Of a DNA stretch of 64,000 nt, positions 1 to 9,445 are shown piece by piece. Location: the NCBI GenBank assembly GCA_030595795.1, contig JAUVCH010000002.1:7216-71215 (forward strand), read 5' to 3'. The position numbers and the translations under genes were made by a program. Source of the DNA: Gammaproteobacteria bacterium. GTDB taxonomy: Bacteria > Pseudomonadota > Gammaproteobacteria > GCA-001735895. The notes under the pieces were generated by a model. That model saw only the letters and a list, made by a program, of their open reading frames with translations, was not told the origin of the DNA and searched no databases. How positions within the stretch are numbered: the first letter of the stretch is position 1; each line of letters opens with the position of its first letter.

Positions 1-163
1 CACTACAACGCAGCGATATTTTCCCGGCCAATGACCTGGCTTTGCAGGTCGCTATTCAACGCCTAAAGGGTCTGGAGTCCCGTCCGAGCGAAAAGCAGGC
101 GCGTCAGGCAATTGAGCATTGGGCGCCCTGTCGCAGCGCCGGTAGTTTGTTTCTATGGCATTT

Positions 164-1543
164 CTACCGAGGAGCGCCGACCTGAGCTGGTCTTAATGTG
201 AACCGATGGAAACGCCAGGCCAGTAGGTTCGAGGTGACAAATAATCCCGCAGCAAGACCCCACCAGAGGCCAGCGCCCTCGAATTCATATTTGAATGCGA
301 GTAAAGATCCACCGCCGACCCCGAGCACCCAGTAACCGAAGCCAGCAATCCATAATGGTGCGATATTGTCTTTTAGCGCCCGTAAGGCTCTGGCTGCGGC
401 AACCTGAAGTCCGTCGAAGACCTGGAATATTGCGGCGATGATAAGAAAATGCGATGCCAGTACGGCGACTTCTTCATAACCCGGATCGTCCAGATCGATA
501 AAGATTTGAATGATCGGTTCGGCAAAAAAGATGGGCACCAGCGCTAACAGTAATGTTAGCCCGGCCACTATCGCCATGCCCAGTAAGCCCGCACGGCGCG
601 CGGCCTCGGTTTGTTGGCGACCGACTGCGAGGGCTACGCGCACCATAGTTGCCTCGGATAAACCCAGGGCAATAACAAATGGAATGCCGGCCCATGCCAT
701 CACGACTTCGTAAGCTGCCAGGGTTTTTGCTCCGATGACGCCGGATAAAATTGATGTAGCGACGAATAACCCCGCTTCAAACAGCGTGAGCATCGCCACC
801 GGCACACCCAGTTTAAATATCTCTCGACAGAGTTCGCCTTTAAGTTGCCAACGACCTTTAAACACACCGTAGCCGCGCAAGGCCTGCTTGCGATAAATAT
901 GTAGAGCCAGTGCGAAAAACATTAACCAGCTTACGATTGTCGTCGCTAATCCAGCACCGAACAGTCCCAGCGGTTCGAGTCCACCGCCACCGTAGACAAA
1001 CCAGACCGTGAGCAGGTAGTTGAGGAGTACGGCCAGCAGAGTGATGACCATCACCGCGACGGTTTGCGACAGTGCGGCGATAAAGTTTCGAAATACAGCG
1101 AACCAGAGCACCGGTAGTGCCATGCCTGCGAGTCCCTGTAGATAAGGAATGGCCAGTTCGACTACGATTGCTTCCTGTCCGGTAGCCCTTAACACATAGT
1201 CAAGATTCCAGATACCTGCGATGGCCGGAATGCCAATCATAGTCGAGACGATAAACCCCTGGCGAACCGACTGACCGACTTCGTTGTGTCTTCCACCGCC
1301 TTCGGCCTGCGCTATCAGTACGCCAACAACCGAGAGCAGGGCCATTAAAACCACCAGTATCTCGAACGACAAATCCCCGGCGATGCCGACTGCCGCGAGT
1401 TCGTGATAACCCATTTTCCCGACTACCATCTTTGTCGTTATAAACATTGCGAACTCTGCCAGATAAGCGGCCGACAGAGGTATGGCGATTCCGAGGAACT
1501 GGCGAATTTCGGTCTTAAGGGGTGGTAAGGTAGCTGCCATCAA
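164..1543 (-). CDS. MATE family multidrug/toxin efflux transporter
   Basis: 459-aa polytopic membrane protein with about 12 hydrophobic segments and two-fold internal symmetry typical of NorM/MATE. A -10-like element lies upstream at about 1600. Confidence 0.75.
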   Translation of the reverse strand: MMAATLPPLKTEIRQFLGIAIPLSAAYLAEFAMFITTKMVVGKMGYHELAAVGIAGDLSFEILVVLMALLSVVGVLIAQAEGGGRHNEVGQSVRQGFIVSTMIGIPAIAGIWNLDYVLRATGQEAIVVELAIPYLQGLAGMALPVLWFAVFRNFIAALSQTVAVMVITLLAVLLNYLLTVWFVYGGGGLEPLGLFGAGLATTIVSWLMFFALALHIYRKQALRGYGVFKGRWQLKGELCREIFKLGVPVAMLTLFEAGLFVATSILSGVIGAKTLAAYEVVMAWAGIPFVIALGLSEATMVRVALAVGRQQTEAARRAGLLGMAIVAGLTLLLALVPIFFAEPIIQIFIDLDDPGYEEVAVLASHFLIIAAIFQVFDGLQVAAARALRALKDNIAPLWIAGFGYWVLGVGGGSLLAFKYEFEGAGLWWGLAAGLFVTSNLLAWRFHRFTLRPAQVGAPR

Positions 1544-1719
1544 TATGCCTGAGAAAACAATCGCATTCTAATTGAATGTAACAAAAAATACAGAAGTTTG
1601 ACTTTATGTGCATCAACTTTACAATAGCCGAAACCGACTGGTTTTTTAGCTGGAGGACTGCCGAAACTCCTACGCTTTTCGAACAATAATTAATCGGCAC
1701 AACCACAAAGGAGAATATC

Positions 1720-2694
1720 ATGAAAACATTACGTTCAATCGCAATTGCATCATTGGTTGCGACTTCGTTTACTGCTGGCTCAGCTATTGGGGCGCAGCAA
1801 TTTGTCACAATTGGAACTGGCGGTGTAACCGGCGTTTATTATCCAACCGGTGGCGCGATCTGTCGGCTGGTCAATAAAGGTCGTAAAACACACGGTGTCC
1901 GTTGCTCGGTAGAGTCAACTGGCGGCTCGGTTTACAACATTAATACCATCCGTGGCGGTGAGCTGGATATGGGTGTTGCTCAGTCTGACTGGCAATTCCA
2001 TGCATACAACGGTTCGGGTAAGCAGGCATTTATCGATGCTGGTCCCTTCAAAGAGTTGAGAGCGGTATTCTCGGTGCATCCAGAGCCTATTAGTATTGTT
2101 GCACGCAAAGACTCCAATATTAAACATGTCAGCGATCTGGTTGGTAAAAGAGTCAATATCGGTAATGCCGGTTCTGGCACCGAAGCGACCTGGAATGTTC
2201 TCTGGAAAGCGATGGGGCACACCAATAAGGATCTCAAACTGGCGGCACAAATGAAGTCATCGGAAACTCCCGGCGCTTTATGTGATAACAAAATAGACGC
2301 TTTTTTCTGGCTAGTCGGTAACCCTGCAGCCTTAAACAAGGAAGCCACAACTACCTGCGAAGCGAACTTTGTTGCTGTCGATGGGCCTGCTGTCGATAAG
2401 CTTGTCAAAAAGTTCCCTTTCTATGGAACGACTGTGATCCCTGGCGGTATGTATCGCGGCAATCCTGATGATGTTCCGACTTTTGGTGTGCTCGCTACAT
2501 TCGTGGCTTCAACCAATACTTCGGCTGACACCATTTACGCGGTAGTGAAAAGTGTATTCGATAACTTCGAAGACTTTAAAAAGCTTCACCCCGCTTTTGG
2601 TCATCTGGCTGAAAAAGACATGATTAGCAAGGGTATCTCCGCACCGCTACACGAAGGTGCTATTCGTTATTATAAAGAACGCGGCTGGATGTAA
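1720..2694 (+). CDS. TAXI-family TRAP transporter solute-binding protein
   Basis: 324 aa with an N-terminal signal peptide. Followed by fused TRAP permease. Confidence 0.8.
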   Translation: MKTLRSIAIASLVATSFTAGSAIGAQQFVTIGTGGVTGVYYPTGGAICRLVNKGRKTHGVRCSVESTGGSVYNINTIRGGELDMGVAQSDWQFHAYNGSGKQAFIDAGPFKELRAVFSVHPEPISIVARKDSNIKHVSDLVGKRVNIGNAGSGTEATWNVLWKAMGHTNKDLKLAAQMKSSETPGALCDNKIDAFFWLVGNPAALNKEATTTCEANFVAVDGPAVDKLVKKFPFYGTTVIPGGMYRGNPDDVPTFGVLATFVASTNTSADTIYAVVKSVFDNFEDFKKLHPAFGHLAEKDMISKGISAPLHEGAIRYYKERGWM

Positions 2695-2705
2695 GTCGAT
2701 CAGGT

Positions 2706-2738
2706 AAACAAGGGGCTTTTTAGCCCCTTGTTTTTTTA
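2706..2738 (+). terminator. Rho-independent terminator after the TAXI binding-protein gene
   Basis: Perfect hairpin caaggggct / agccccttg with TTTTT loop, followed by a run of 7 T. Confidence 0.7.
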
Positions 2739-2835
2739 AATCAAGCTCTAATCTGTCCGCACTGGAATAGAGTTTGATTTAGAAAAGTAGTATCAGCAAA
2801 AAATCAAAAATAGCCAAACTTAAGGAGTGACCGCA

Positions 2836-5451
2836 ATGGTCGAACAAACCGAAAAACCACAAGCTACCGAAGCAGAACTTGAGGCGATGATCGCCGCGAC
2901 CGATACCGGGGCGCGAAGCCCTCACGGTGCAGTCGGTAAATTATTGTTGATCACTGCATTTTGCTGGTCGGCTTTTCAGCTCTGGATCGCGTCGCCCTTG
3001 CCTTATATGGATATTTTTTCGTCCTGGCTACCCGTGTTGAATAATACTGACACGCGTTCGATACACCTGGCTTTTGCGATTTCACTGGCCTTTCTGGCTT
3101 ATCCGGCATTGAAAAGTTCGCCACGCGATAGTATTCCCATACAGGACTGGATATTCGCCGCTGCGGGCATCATGGTGACAATGTACCTGTCGGTTTTTGC
3201 GGCCGAACTGGGTGAGCGATCGGGCCTGCCGACTACGCTCGACCTGGTGATGGGGGGCATGGGCGTTGTACTGGTACTCGAGGCAGCACGCCGTGCTCTG
3301 GGACCACCGCTCATGGTGATCGCCGCGATCTTCCTCTGCTATGTGTTTTTTGGTCATTTAGGCCCGGACATTATCGCCTGGAAAGGTGCCTCGTTCGGCA
3401 AGGCCATGTCGCATATGTGGTTGACCCAGGAAGGCGTATTCGGTGTTGCACTCGGTGTCTCTACCTCGATGGTATTCCTCTTTGTCTTGTTTGGTTCGAT
3501 GCTGGAGAAAGCGGGTGCGGGTAATTACTTCATCTGGGTGGCATTTTCTTTATTAGGACATATGAAAGGCGGACCAGCCAAGGCCGCCGTAGTGTCGTCG
3601 GCGTTAACGGGGCTGGTTTCCGGTTCGTCGATCGCGAATGTAGTTACCACGGGTACATTTACCATTCCGTTAATGAAACGGGTTGGCTTTTCCGCAGAAA
3701 AAGCCGGTGCAGTAGAAGTGGCCTCTTCGACTAATGGTCAGTTAACGCCACCTGTTATGGGTGCTGCTGCTTTTTTGATGATTGAATTCGTCGGAATATC
3801 CTATATCGAAGTCATCAAGCATGCATTTCTTCCAGCCATTATTGCCTATATTGCGCTGGTTTATATTGTCCACCTGGAAGCTTCCAAGGCCGGCCTGAAA
3901 GGTTTGAAGAAAACCCAGCAAAGCACTTTTCTGCAAAGTTTGTTTGTGTATGCCACAGTAATCGTTGGCATTATTGTCACATCGGCTATCACTTACTACG
4001 GCTTCGGCTGGTTAAAAGGTGCTGCCGGTGATTTCACCTTCTGGATTGCCTCGGTCATTGTATTGGTAGTTTATGTGTTGCTGGTAAGATTCTCGACCAA
4101 ATTTCCCGAACTCGGGCGTAGCGATACCATTAAAGAATTGCCGGTACCCGGACCGATTGTCAAAGCCGGCCTTTACTACTTGCTGCCGGTACTCGTATTA
4201 ATCTGGTGCCTAACCGTGGAAAGACTTTCTCCGGGACTGTCTGCTTTTTACGCGTCGATATTCATGGCTATCGTATTGCTCACGCACAAGCCGTTGAAGG
4301 CTATTTTCCGTGGTGAGAGCGAACTAACTACCTACTTTAAGGAATGCCGGATCGATTTTGTCGAGGGCATGGTAGCTGGTGCCAGAAATATGATCGGTAT
4401 CGGTGTGGCCACGGCCTGTGCCGGTATTATTCTCGGTACGGTGACGCTGACCGGTATTGGCCTGGTTTTGGCTGAATTCGTCGAGTTTATCTCCGCCGGT
4501 AATTTGATCCTGATGCTGATATTTACCGCCATGATCAGTCTGATACTGGGTATGGGTTTGCCAACCACGGCCAATTATATTGTCGTCTCCTCGCTGATGG
4601 CTCCGGTCATTGTTTCGGTCGGCGCCAGTAATGGTTTGATTGTGCCACTGATAGCGGTTCACCTGTTTGTATTTTACTTTGGCATATTGGCGGACGATAC
4701 ACCCCCGGTGGGGCTGGCGGCTTATGCGGCCGCGGCAATATCAGGCGGTGACCCAATCAAGACCGGCGTGCAGGGCTTCACCTACGATATTCGTACCGGT
4801 ATTTTGCCGTTTATGTTTATTTTCAACACCGAGTTATTGATGATCGGTATTACCGGCCCGATACATCTTATCTCGGTGATTGTCTCGGCCACTGTGGCGA
4901 TGCTGCTTTTTGCCGCCGCGACTCAGGGCTTTTTCTTAACCTTTAATAAGAAATGGGAGACAGTTGCGTTATTGATGATTACCTTCACGCTGTTTCGACC
5001 GGGTTTTTTCATGGACATGATTTACGATCCGTTGGTTAAGGTTGAAGCCAGCCAGATTTATGAAGTTGCCGAACAACAGCCGAAAAATGGCCTGCTACGC
5101 GTGCATGTTGTCGGTGAAACCCTGGAAGGTGATGCAGTCGATAAGGTTGTGATGTTGCCGGTTGGTGATGTCGGCCCTGGTAAAGACCGGTTACAAATGG
5201 CCGCGGGGCTCGAGCTTCGTGAAGAAGACGGTAAATTATTTGTTGATAATATCGTTTTTGGTAGTGCCGCTAATAAGCAGGGACTAGATTTTGACTGGGA
5301 AATCGCCGATGTGCAGAAAAAGGCAGATACGCCCGATAAACGCTGGTTTTATATCCCGGCAATTTTACTGTTGATAGTTGTCTGGAAGGCTCAGGCCGCT
5401 CGACGCGATGAGGATGAAATTTCAGTTGAAACCGGAGCCAGCCATGTATAA
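2836..5451 (+). CDS. TRAP transporter fused permease subunit (TAXI type, DctQ-DctM-like fusion)
   Basis: About 870-aa highly hydrophobic protein immediately downstream of the TAXI receptor. The ORF track starts at GTG 2827, but ATG 2836 sits 8 nt after the AGGAG at 2823-2827 and is preferred. Confidence 0.8.
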   Translation: MVEQTEKPQATEAELEAMIAATDTGARSPHGAVGKLLLITAFCWSAFQLWIASPLPYMDIFSSWLPVLNNTDTRSIHLAFAISLAFLAYPALKSSPRDSIPIQDWIFAAAGIMVTMYLSVFAAELGERSGLPTTLDLVMGGMGVVLVLEAARRALGPPLMVIAAIFLCYVFFGHLGPDIIAWKGASFGKAMSHMWLTQEGVFGVALGVSTSMVFLFVLFGSMLEKAGAGNYFIWVAFSLLGHMKGGPAKAAVVSSALTGLVSGSSIANVVTTGTFTIPLMKRVGFSAEKAGAVEVASSTNGQLTPPVMGAAAFLMIEFVGISYIEVIKHAFLPAIIAYIALVYIVHLEASKAGLKGLKKTQQSTFLQSLFVYATVIVGIIVTSAITYYGFGWLKGAAGDFTFWIASVIVLVVYVLLVRFSTKFPELGRSDTIKELPVPGPIVKAGLYYLLPVLVLIWCLTVERLSPGLSAFYASIFMAIVLLTHKPLKAIFRGESELTTYFKECRIDFVEGMVAGARNMIGIGVATACAGIILGTVTLTGIGLVLAEFVEFISAGNLILMLIFTAMISLILGMGLPTTANYIVVSSLMAPVIVSVGASNGLIVPLIAVHLFVFYFGILADDTPPVGLAAYAAAAISGGDPIKTGVQGFTYDIRTGILPFMFIFNTELLMIGITGPIHLISVIVSATVAMLLFAAATQGFFLTFNKKWETVALLMITFTLFRPGFFMDMIYDPLVKVEASQIYEVAEQQPKNGLLRVHVVGETLEGDAVDKVVMLPVGDVGPGKDRLQMAAGLELREEDGKLFVDNIVFGSAANKQGLDFDWEIADVQKKADTPDKRWFYIPAILLLIVVWKAQAARRDEDEISVETGASHV

Positions 5452-5869
5452 GAAAATCCTATTCCCGATCGATTTACAGCATACTAAGGAAGCAAAAAAA
5501 TCTCTGAAAGTAGCGATTGATGAGGCCAGGCGTTCAAAAGCGAAATTAAGAGTCATGACCGCTGCCACCGGCTTCGGCATGCCCATCGTAGCCTCATTTT
5601 TTGATGATAAAACGGTGAAAAAAGCACTCAAGGAAGTCGCTCGTCAATTGAAGGCTTACGTCGATGAAAATATACCCGATGATATTGAGTCGAGCGCTGT
5701 GGTGGTAGAGGGGAATCCTGCCGAACTGATATTAAAACAGGCGAAAAAAGATAAGATCGATTTAATTGTGATGTCCGCACACAATAGTCAGATCGAAAAT
5801 ATATTGCTCGGTTCCTGCGCGGCTAAAGTGGTGCGACATTCAGATTGCTCTGTCAATGTCGTAAAATAA
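5444..5869 (+). CDS. Universal stress protein (UspA family)
   Basis: About 140 aa, start MYKKILFPIDL. ATG 5444 preceded by GGAG. Overlaps the end of the TRAP permease by 8 nt. Confidence 0.7.
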   Translation: MYKKILFPIDLQHTKEAKKSLKVAIDEARRSKAKLRVMTAATGFGMPIVASFFDDKTVKKALKEVARQLKAYVDENIPDDIESSAVVVEGNPAELILKQAKKDKIDLIVMSAHNSQIENILLGSCAAKVVRHSDCSVNVVK

Positions 5870-5924
5870 TAGAGTCGTCCGAATCGATCGGTATTGCCTC
5901 TGCTAGTTTGGGAGCAGGTAGAGA

Positions 5925-6770
5925 GTGACTTCGTTGCTTGTCGGCCTGGTATTATTCGCCGCGTTATTGCACGCCAGTTGGAATGCAATGGCAAAATCCG
6001 GTGGTACGCCGGAGTACAGTATCGCCGCCTATCAACTGGTCGGTGGCGTGGTTTGTTTAGGTTTGATCTTCACCGTACCGACACCACTGCCACAAAGCTG
6101 GCCGATGATTCTGGCCTCGGTAATTATTCATAACGCATATTACTTTACACTGGCGATGTCGTTTCGAACCGGCGACCTCTCGCAGGTTTATCCATTATTT
6201 CGCGGGTTGGCACCGGTACTGGTAGCCATTGGTGCCGCACTGTTTGCCGAAGAGTCGTTATCTCCTGGGTCGATGCTTGGCATCGGGTTGATCAGTTTTG
6301 GCCTAACCAGCCTCACTCTGTTCGGTGGCAAGCTGGGCAGAATTTCGCCAGCGGCGCTGCGCTGGGGTCTGGCGACTTCGGTATTGATTGCGTTTTACAC
6401 GGTGGTCGACGGATTGGGTGTGCGCGTAGCGGGTAATAGTTTCAGCTATATATTCTGGACCTTTCTGTTCGAACCTATTCCTATCTGCCTGTTCCTGCTG
6501 GTTTACAAAAGAGCACAGTGGCTGGCCTATCTACGACAAAAACCCGGTAAAGTTATTATCGGTGGTGTCGCGTCGTCGACGGCCTATGGTCTGGTCATCT
6601 ACGCAATGGGTTTCGGCTCGATGGCAATGGTGTCGTCGCTGCGCGAAACCAGTGTGATATTTGCGGCATTAATCGGCACACTATTGTTTCGAGAGCCCTT
6701 TGGACGGCAGAGGATTATCGCGGCGGTGCTGGTTACCATTGGGATTGTGTTGATTCGGTGGTTGGCCTGA
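5925..6770 (+). CDS. EamA/DMT superfamily transporter
   Basis: 281-aa, about 10-TM protein with two EamA-like halves. GTG start. Confidence 0.7.
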   Translation: MTSLLVGLVLFAALLHASWNAMAKSGGTPEYSIAAYQLVGGVVCLGLIFTVPTPLPQSWPMILASVIIHNAYYFTLAMSFRTGDLSQVYPLFRGLAPVLVAIGAALFAEESLSPGSMLGIGLISFGLTSLTLFGGKLGRISPAALRWGLATSVLIAFYTVVDGLGVRVAGNSFSYIFWTFLFEPIPICLFLLVYKRAQWLAYLRQKPGKVIIGGVASSTAYGLVIYAMGFGSMAMVSSLRETSVIFAALIGTLLFREPFGRQRIIAAVLVTIGIVLIRWLA

Positions 6771-6813
6771 TCATGCTACAATCACCGCCTTTATTTATCA
6801 TCCAATTCAAGCC

Positions 6814-7836
6814 ATGCTAACCGACCCATTTCCCCGAGTTAACCTCAGTCACAAGCCGACTCCATTGGAGCGTCTTGATAATCTCAGTGATGATTTCCAG
6901 ACCAATATCTGGATTAAGCGGGACGATTGTACCGGGCTTGCTTTTGGCGGCAATAAAAGCCGTCAACTCGAATATTACATCGGGCATGCTAAATCTAAGG
7001 GTGCCGATACCTTGCTGACGACGGGTGCGGTGCAGTCTAACCATGTGCGCATGACTGTCGCTGCGGCGCGAAAAATGAATATGGATGTCGAAGTGCAACT
7101 AGAGCATCGGGTCGAGCGCGATCAACCTGAATATCATCGTTCGGGTAACCCGTTTCTGGTTAAACTCATGGGCGCGAAGATTCATTATTATCCGGTCGGT
7201 GAAGACGAGAGTGGCGCCGATCAGGCGATGATCGACAGAGCTGAAGTACTTCGGGCAGAGGGCAAAAATCCGTACGTAATTCCGCTTTCGAATATACGGT
7301 CACCTTATGGTGCTCTGGGATATGTCGAGGCGGCTGAGGAGACTTTGCAGCAGTTGCAGATTTTGCAGGTGACGCCAAAACGTTTTTTCGTAGCGACAGG
7401 GAGCGCCTCGACGCATGCTGGATTTTTGCTGGGATTGCGTGCCAGTAATTGTTCGATTCCTGTGCAGGGAGTTTGTGTGCGGCGCGAAGGTAAGAGTCAG
7501 AAAGAACGCGTACTCGCCAAAATTCAATCTGTCGTTGAAATTATGGAGCTTGATATTAATATCGAATCCGATGACGTGATCTGTGATGATCGTTTTCTCG
7601 CGCCGGGGTATGGGCAGCCCAATCCTCCTACCCGGGCCGCCATCGAAAAGTTAGCGAGGCGAGAGGGTATTTTGCTGGATCCGACCTATTCCGGTAAGGC
7701 GTTTGCGGCCGTTTTAGATGCGCTCGAAAGTGGCGAATTTGGCAGTGATGACCATATCGTTTTTTTACATACCGGTGGTACGCCCTCGTTATTTGCCTAT
7801 CCTGAGTTAGTCGACCAGGAGGAGTCCGGGTTTTGA
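6814..7836 (+). CDS. PLP-dependent ACC deaminase / D-cysteine desulfhydrase family enzyme
   Basis: 340 aa. N-terminus TPLERLDNLSD...IWIKRDDCTGLAFGGNKSRQLEY...GAVQSNH matches the tryptophan-synthase-beta-fold family of ACC deaminase and D-cysteine desulfhydrase (PLP lysine in GNKSR). Confidence 0.75.
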   Translation: MLTDPFPRVNLSHKPTPLERLDNLSDDFQTNIWIKRDDCTGLAFGGNKSRQLEYYIGHAKSKGADTLLTTGAVQSNHVRMTVAAARKMNMDVEVQLEHRVERDQPEYHRSGNPFLVKLMGAKIHYYPVGEDESGADQAMIDRAEVLRAEGKNPYVIPLSNIRSPYGALGYVEAAEETLQQLQILQVTPKRFFVATGSASTHAGFLLGLRASNCSIPVQGVCVRREGKSQKERVLAKIQSVVEIMELDINIESDDVICDDRFLAPGYGQPNPPTRAAIEKLARREGILLDPTYSGKAFAAVLDALESGEFGSDDHIVFLHTGGTPSLFAYPELVDQEESGF

Positions 7837-8309
7837 CCGATAGTTTGCAGTGGAATATCGACACGATCGCGCATGTCATCGAAATTTCGGTTGCGCCGGT
7901 TTTTTTGCTCGCTGGTATATCGGGGCTTTTGATGGTGCTGACCAATAGACTAGCTCGCACCATCGACCGTTCGCGTTCGTTACAGGCTGCCACCAATTAC
8001 TCGGTAATACCGGAACATAAATCAGCCATTGAACGAGAAATGGTCAATCTGTTAACGCGCAGTCGATTTATTAATTTGTCCATCAACTTCGCCACCCTGA
8101 GTGCGCTGATGGTTTGTTTCGTTATCATCGCGCTTTTTTCGGGCAGTCTCGTTAACTCCAACGTGGCCATTGTGGTTGCCAGCCTGTTTATTGCCTGCAT
8201 GATTATGCTGGCAGCCGCATTTTCCTGTTTTCTTATGGAAGTGTTTGTCGCCAGTCGTTCGTTACGTTCCTCTCTTATCAGTACGGAAAGTTTCAAAAAC
8301 CTTAAATAA
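7833..8309 (+). CDS. DUF2721-type small membrane protein
   Basis: 158 aa with 3 TM segments, 4-nt overlap with the upstream gene. Resemblance to DUF2721 recalled from memory, not searched. Confidence 0.5.
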   Translation: MTDSLQWNIDTIAHVIEISVAPVFLLAGISGLLMVLTNRLARTIDRSRSLQAATNYSVIPEHKSAIEREMVNLLTRSRFINLSINFATLSALMVCFVIIALFSGSLVNSNVAIVVASLFIACMIMLAAAFSCFLMEVFVASRSLRSSLISTESFKNLK

Positions 8310-8413
8310 CAGGGGCGGCGATTTTTTAATAGTTTCAGCGGACGCTTATGGTTATGATGCCCGGCTGTTTTATTTGTATTCGATTAAATTAAACCGGAGA
8401 GAGGAGGTTTTGA

Positions 8414-9385
8414 ATGTCTAAACCCAAAATTATTGTTACTCGCCGCTGGCACGAAGCGGTCGAAAAAGAACTGCTGGCGCGTTTTGATACCCAGTTAAAT
8501 GAAGATGACCATCCGATGTCGGTGGCCGAATTACAGGCTGCACTGCGTAATGCAGATGCTGTATTGCCGACCGTTTGCGACAAGATCACAGCAGAAGTCC
8601 TCGGCGCCGATAATATTCAAGCCAAAATTATGGGTAGCAACGGCGTCGGCTTTAATCATATCGACCTCGATGCCGCTAAGGCTGCCGGGCTCACAGTCAC
8701 CAATACGCCTGAAGTACTTACCGATTGCACCGCAGACCTGGCGATGACGTTGCTGCTATCAGTCGCGCGCCGAGCAGGCGAGGGTGAGCGTCACTTGCGT
8801 AGCAAGTCCTGGACTGGCTGGCGTCCCACGCACATGATGGGCACCAGTGTTACCGGTAAGACGCTAGGTTTAATTGGCATGGGTCGAATCGCCCGTGCGG
8901 TTGCTGCTCGCGCCGCGCATGGCTTTAATATGAAAATTATCTTTCATGATCCATTCCCGCCGAGTGCTGATGATTTGGAGGGATTGAACGCGACGCAATG
9001 TAGCTCGCCGGAAGAAGTTTTTGCCAAAGCCGATTTCGTATCGCTGCATTGTCCAGGTGGCGAAGCTACCTATCATCTCATTAGCGACGATGCCTTTGCT
9101 GCGATGAAATCGGGTGCTTTTTTGATCAATACTGCGCGCGGCGACGTTGTCGAAGAAGCGGCTCTGGTGAGAGCGTTGCAGTCGGGCGCTATCGCCGGTG
9201 CTGGCCTCGATGTGTTCGAGAAAGAACCAAAGGTATCAGACGAATTGATGGCGATGGAAAACGTGGTGTTATTGCCTCATCTGGGTAGTGCGACTTCCGA
9301 AACTCGCTATGCGATGGGCATGCGCGTGGTAGAAAATCTCGAAGCTTTCTTTGCAGGTGATACGCCCCGCGACAAATTGGTTTAA
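8414..9385 (+). CDS. D-isomer-specific 2-hydroxyacid dehydrogenase (glyoxylate/hydroxypyruvate reductase-like)
   Basis: 323 aa. NAD-binding GLIGMGRIARAVAARA motif. RBS GGAGAGAGGAGG upstream. Confidence 0.8.
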   Translation: MSKPKIIVTRRWHEAVEKELLARFDTQLNEDDHPMSVAELQAALRNADAVLPTVCDKITAEVLGADNIQAKIMGSNGVGFNHIDLDAAKAAGLTVTNTPEVLTDCTADLAMTLLLSVARRAGEGERHLRSKSWTGWRPTHMMGTSVTGKTLGLIGMGRIARAVAARAAHGFNMKIIFHDPFPPSADDLEGLNATQCSSPEEVFAKADFVSLHCPGGEATYHLISDDAFAAMKSGAFLINTARGDVVEEAALVRALQSGAIAGAGLDVFEKEPKVSDELMAMENVVLLPHLGSATSETRYAMGMRVVENLEAFFAGDTPRDKLV

Positions 9386-9445
9386 TCACTAACGGGTTTA
9401 GTTCTAAGTGGCAGTGGAATTCTGTTTCCGCTGCCCTAACTTAAT

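Noticed and set aside
474-2408. Short ORFs (61-142 aa) antisense to or overlapping the MATE and TAXI genes (474..695, 510..713, 1515..1808, 1915..2250, 1980..2408).
   Set aside because: Fully embedded in long, well-supported genes on the other strand or frame. Arg/Pro/Ser-rich low-complexity translations typical of spurious frames in ~50% GC DNA. The same reasoning applies to the many similar short ORFs throughout the track.
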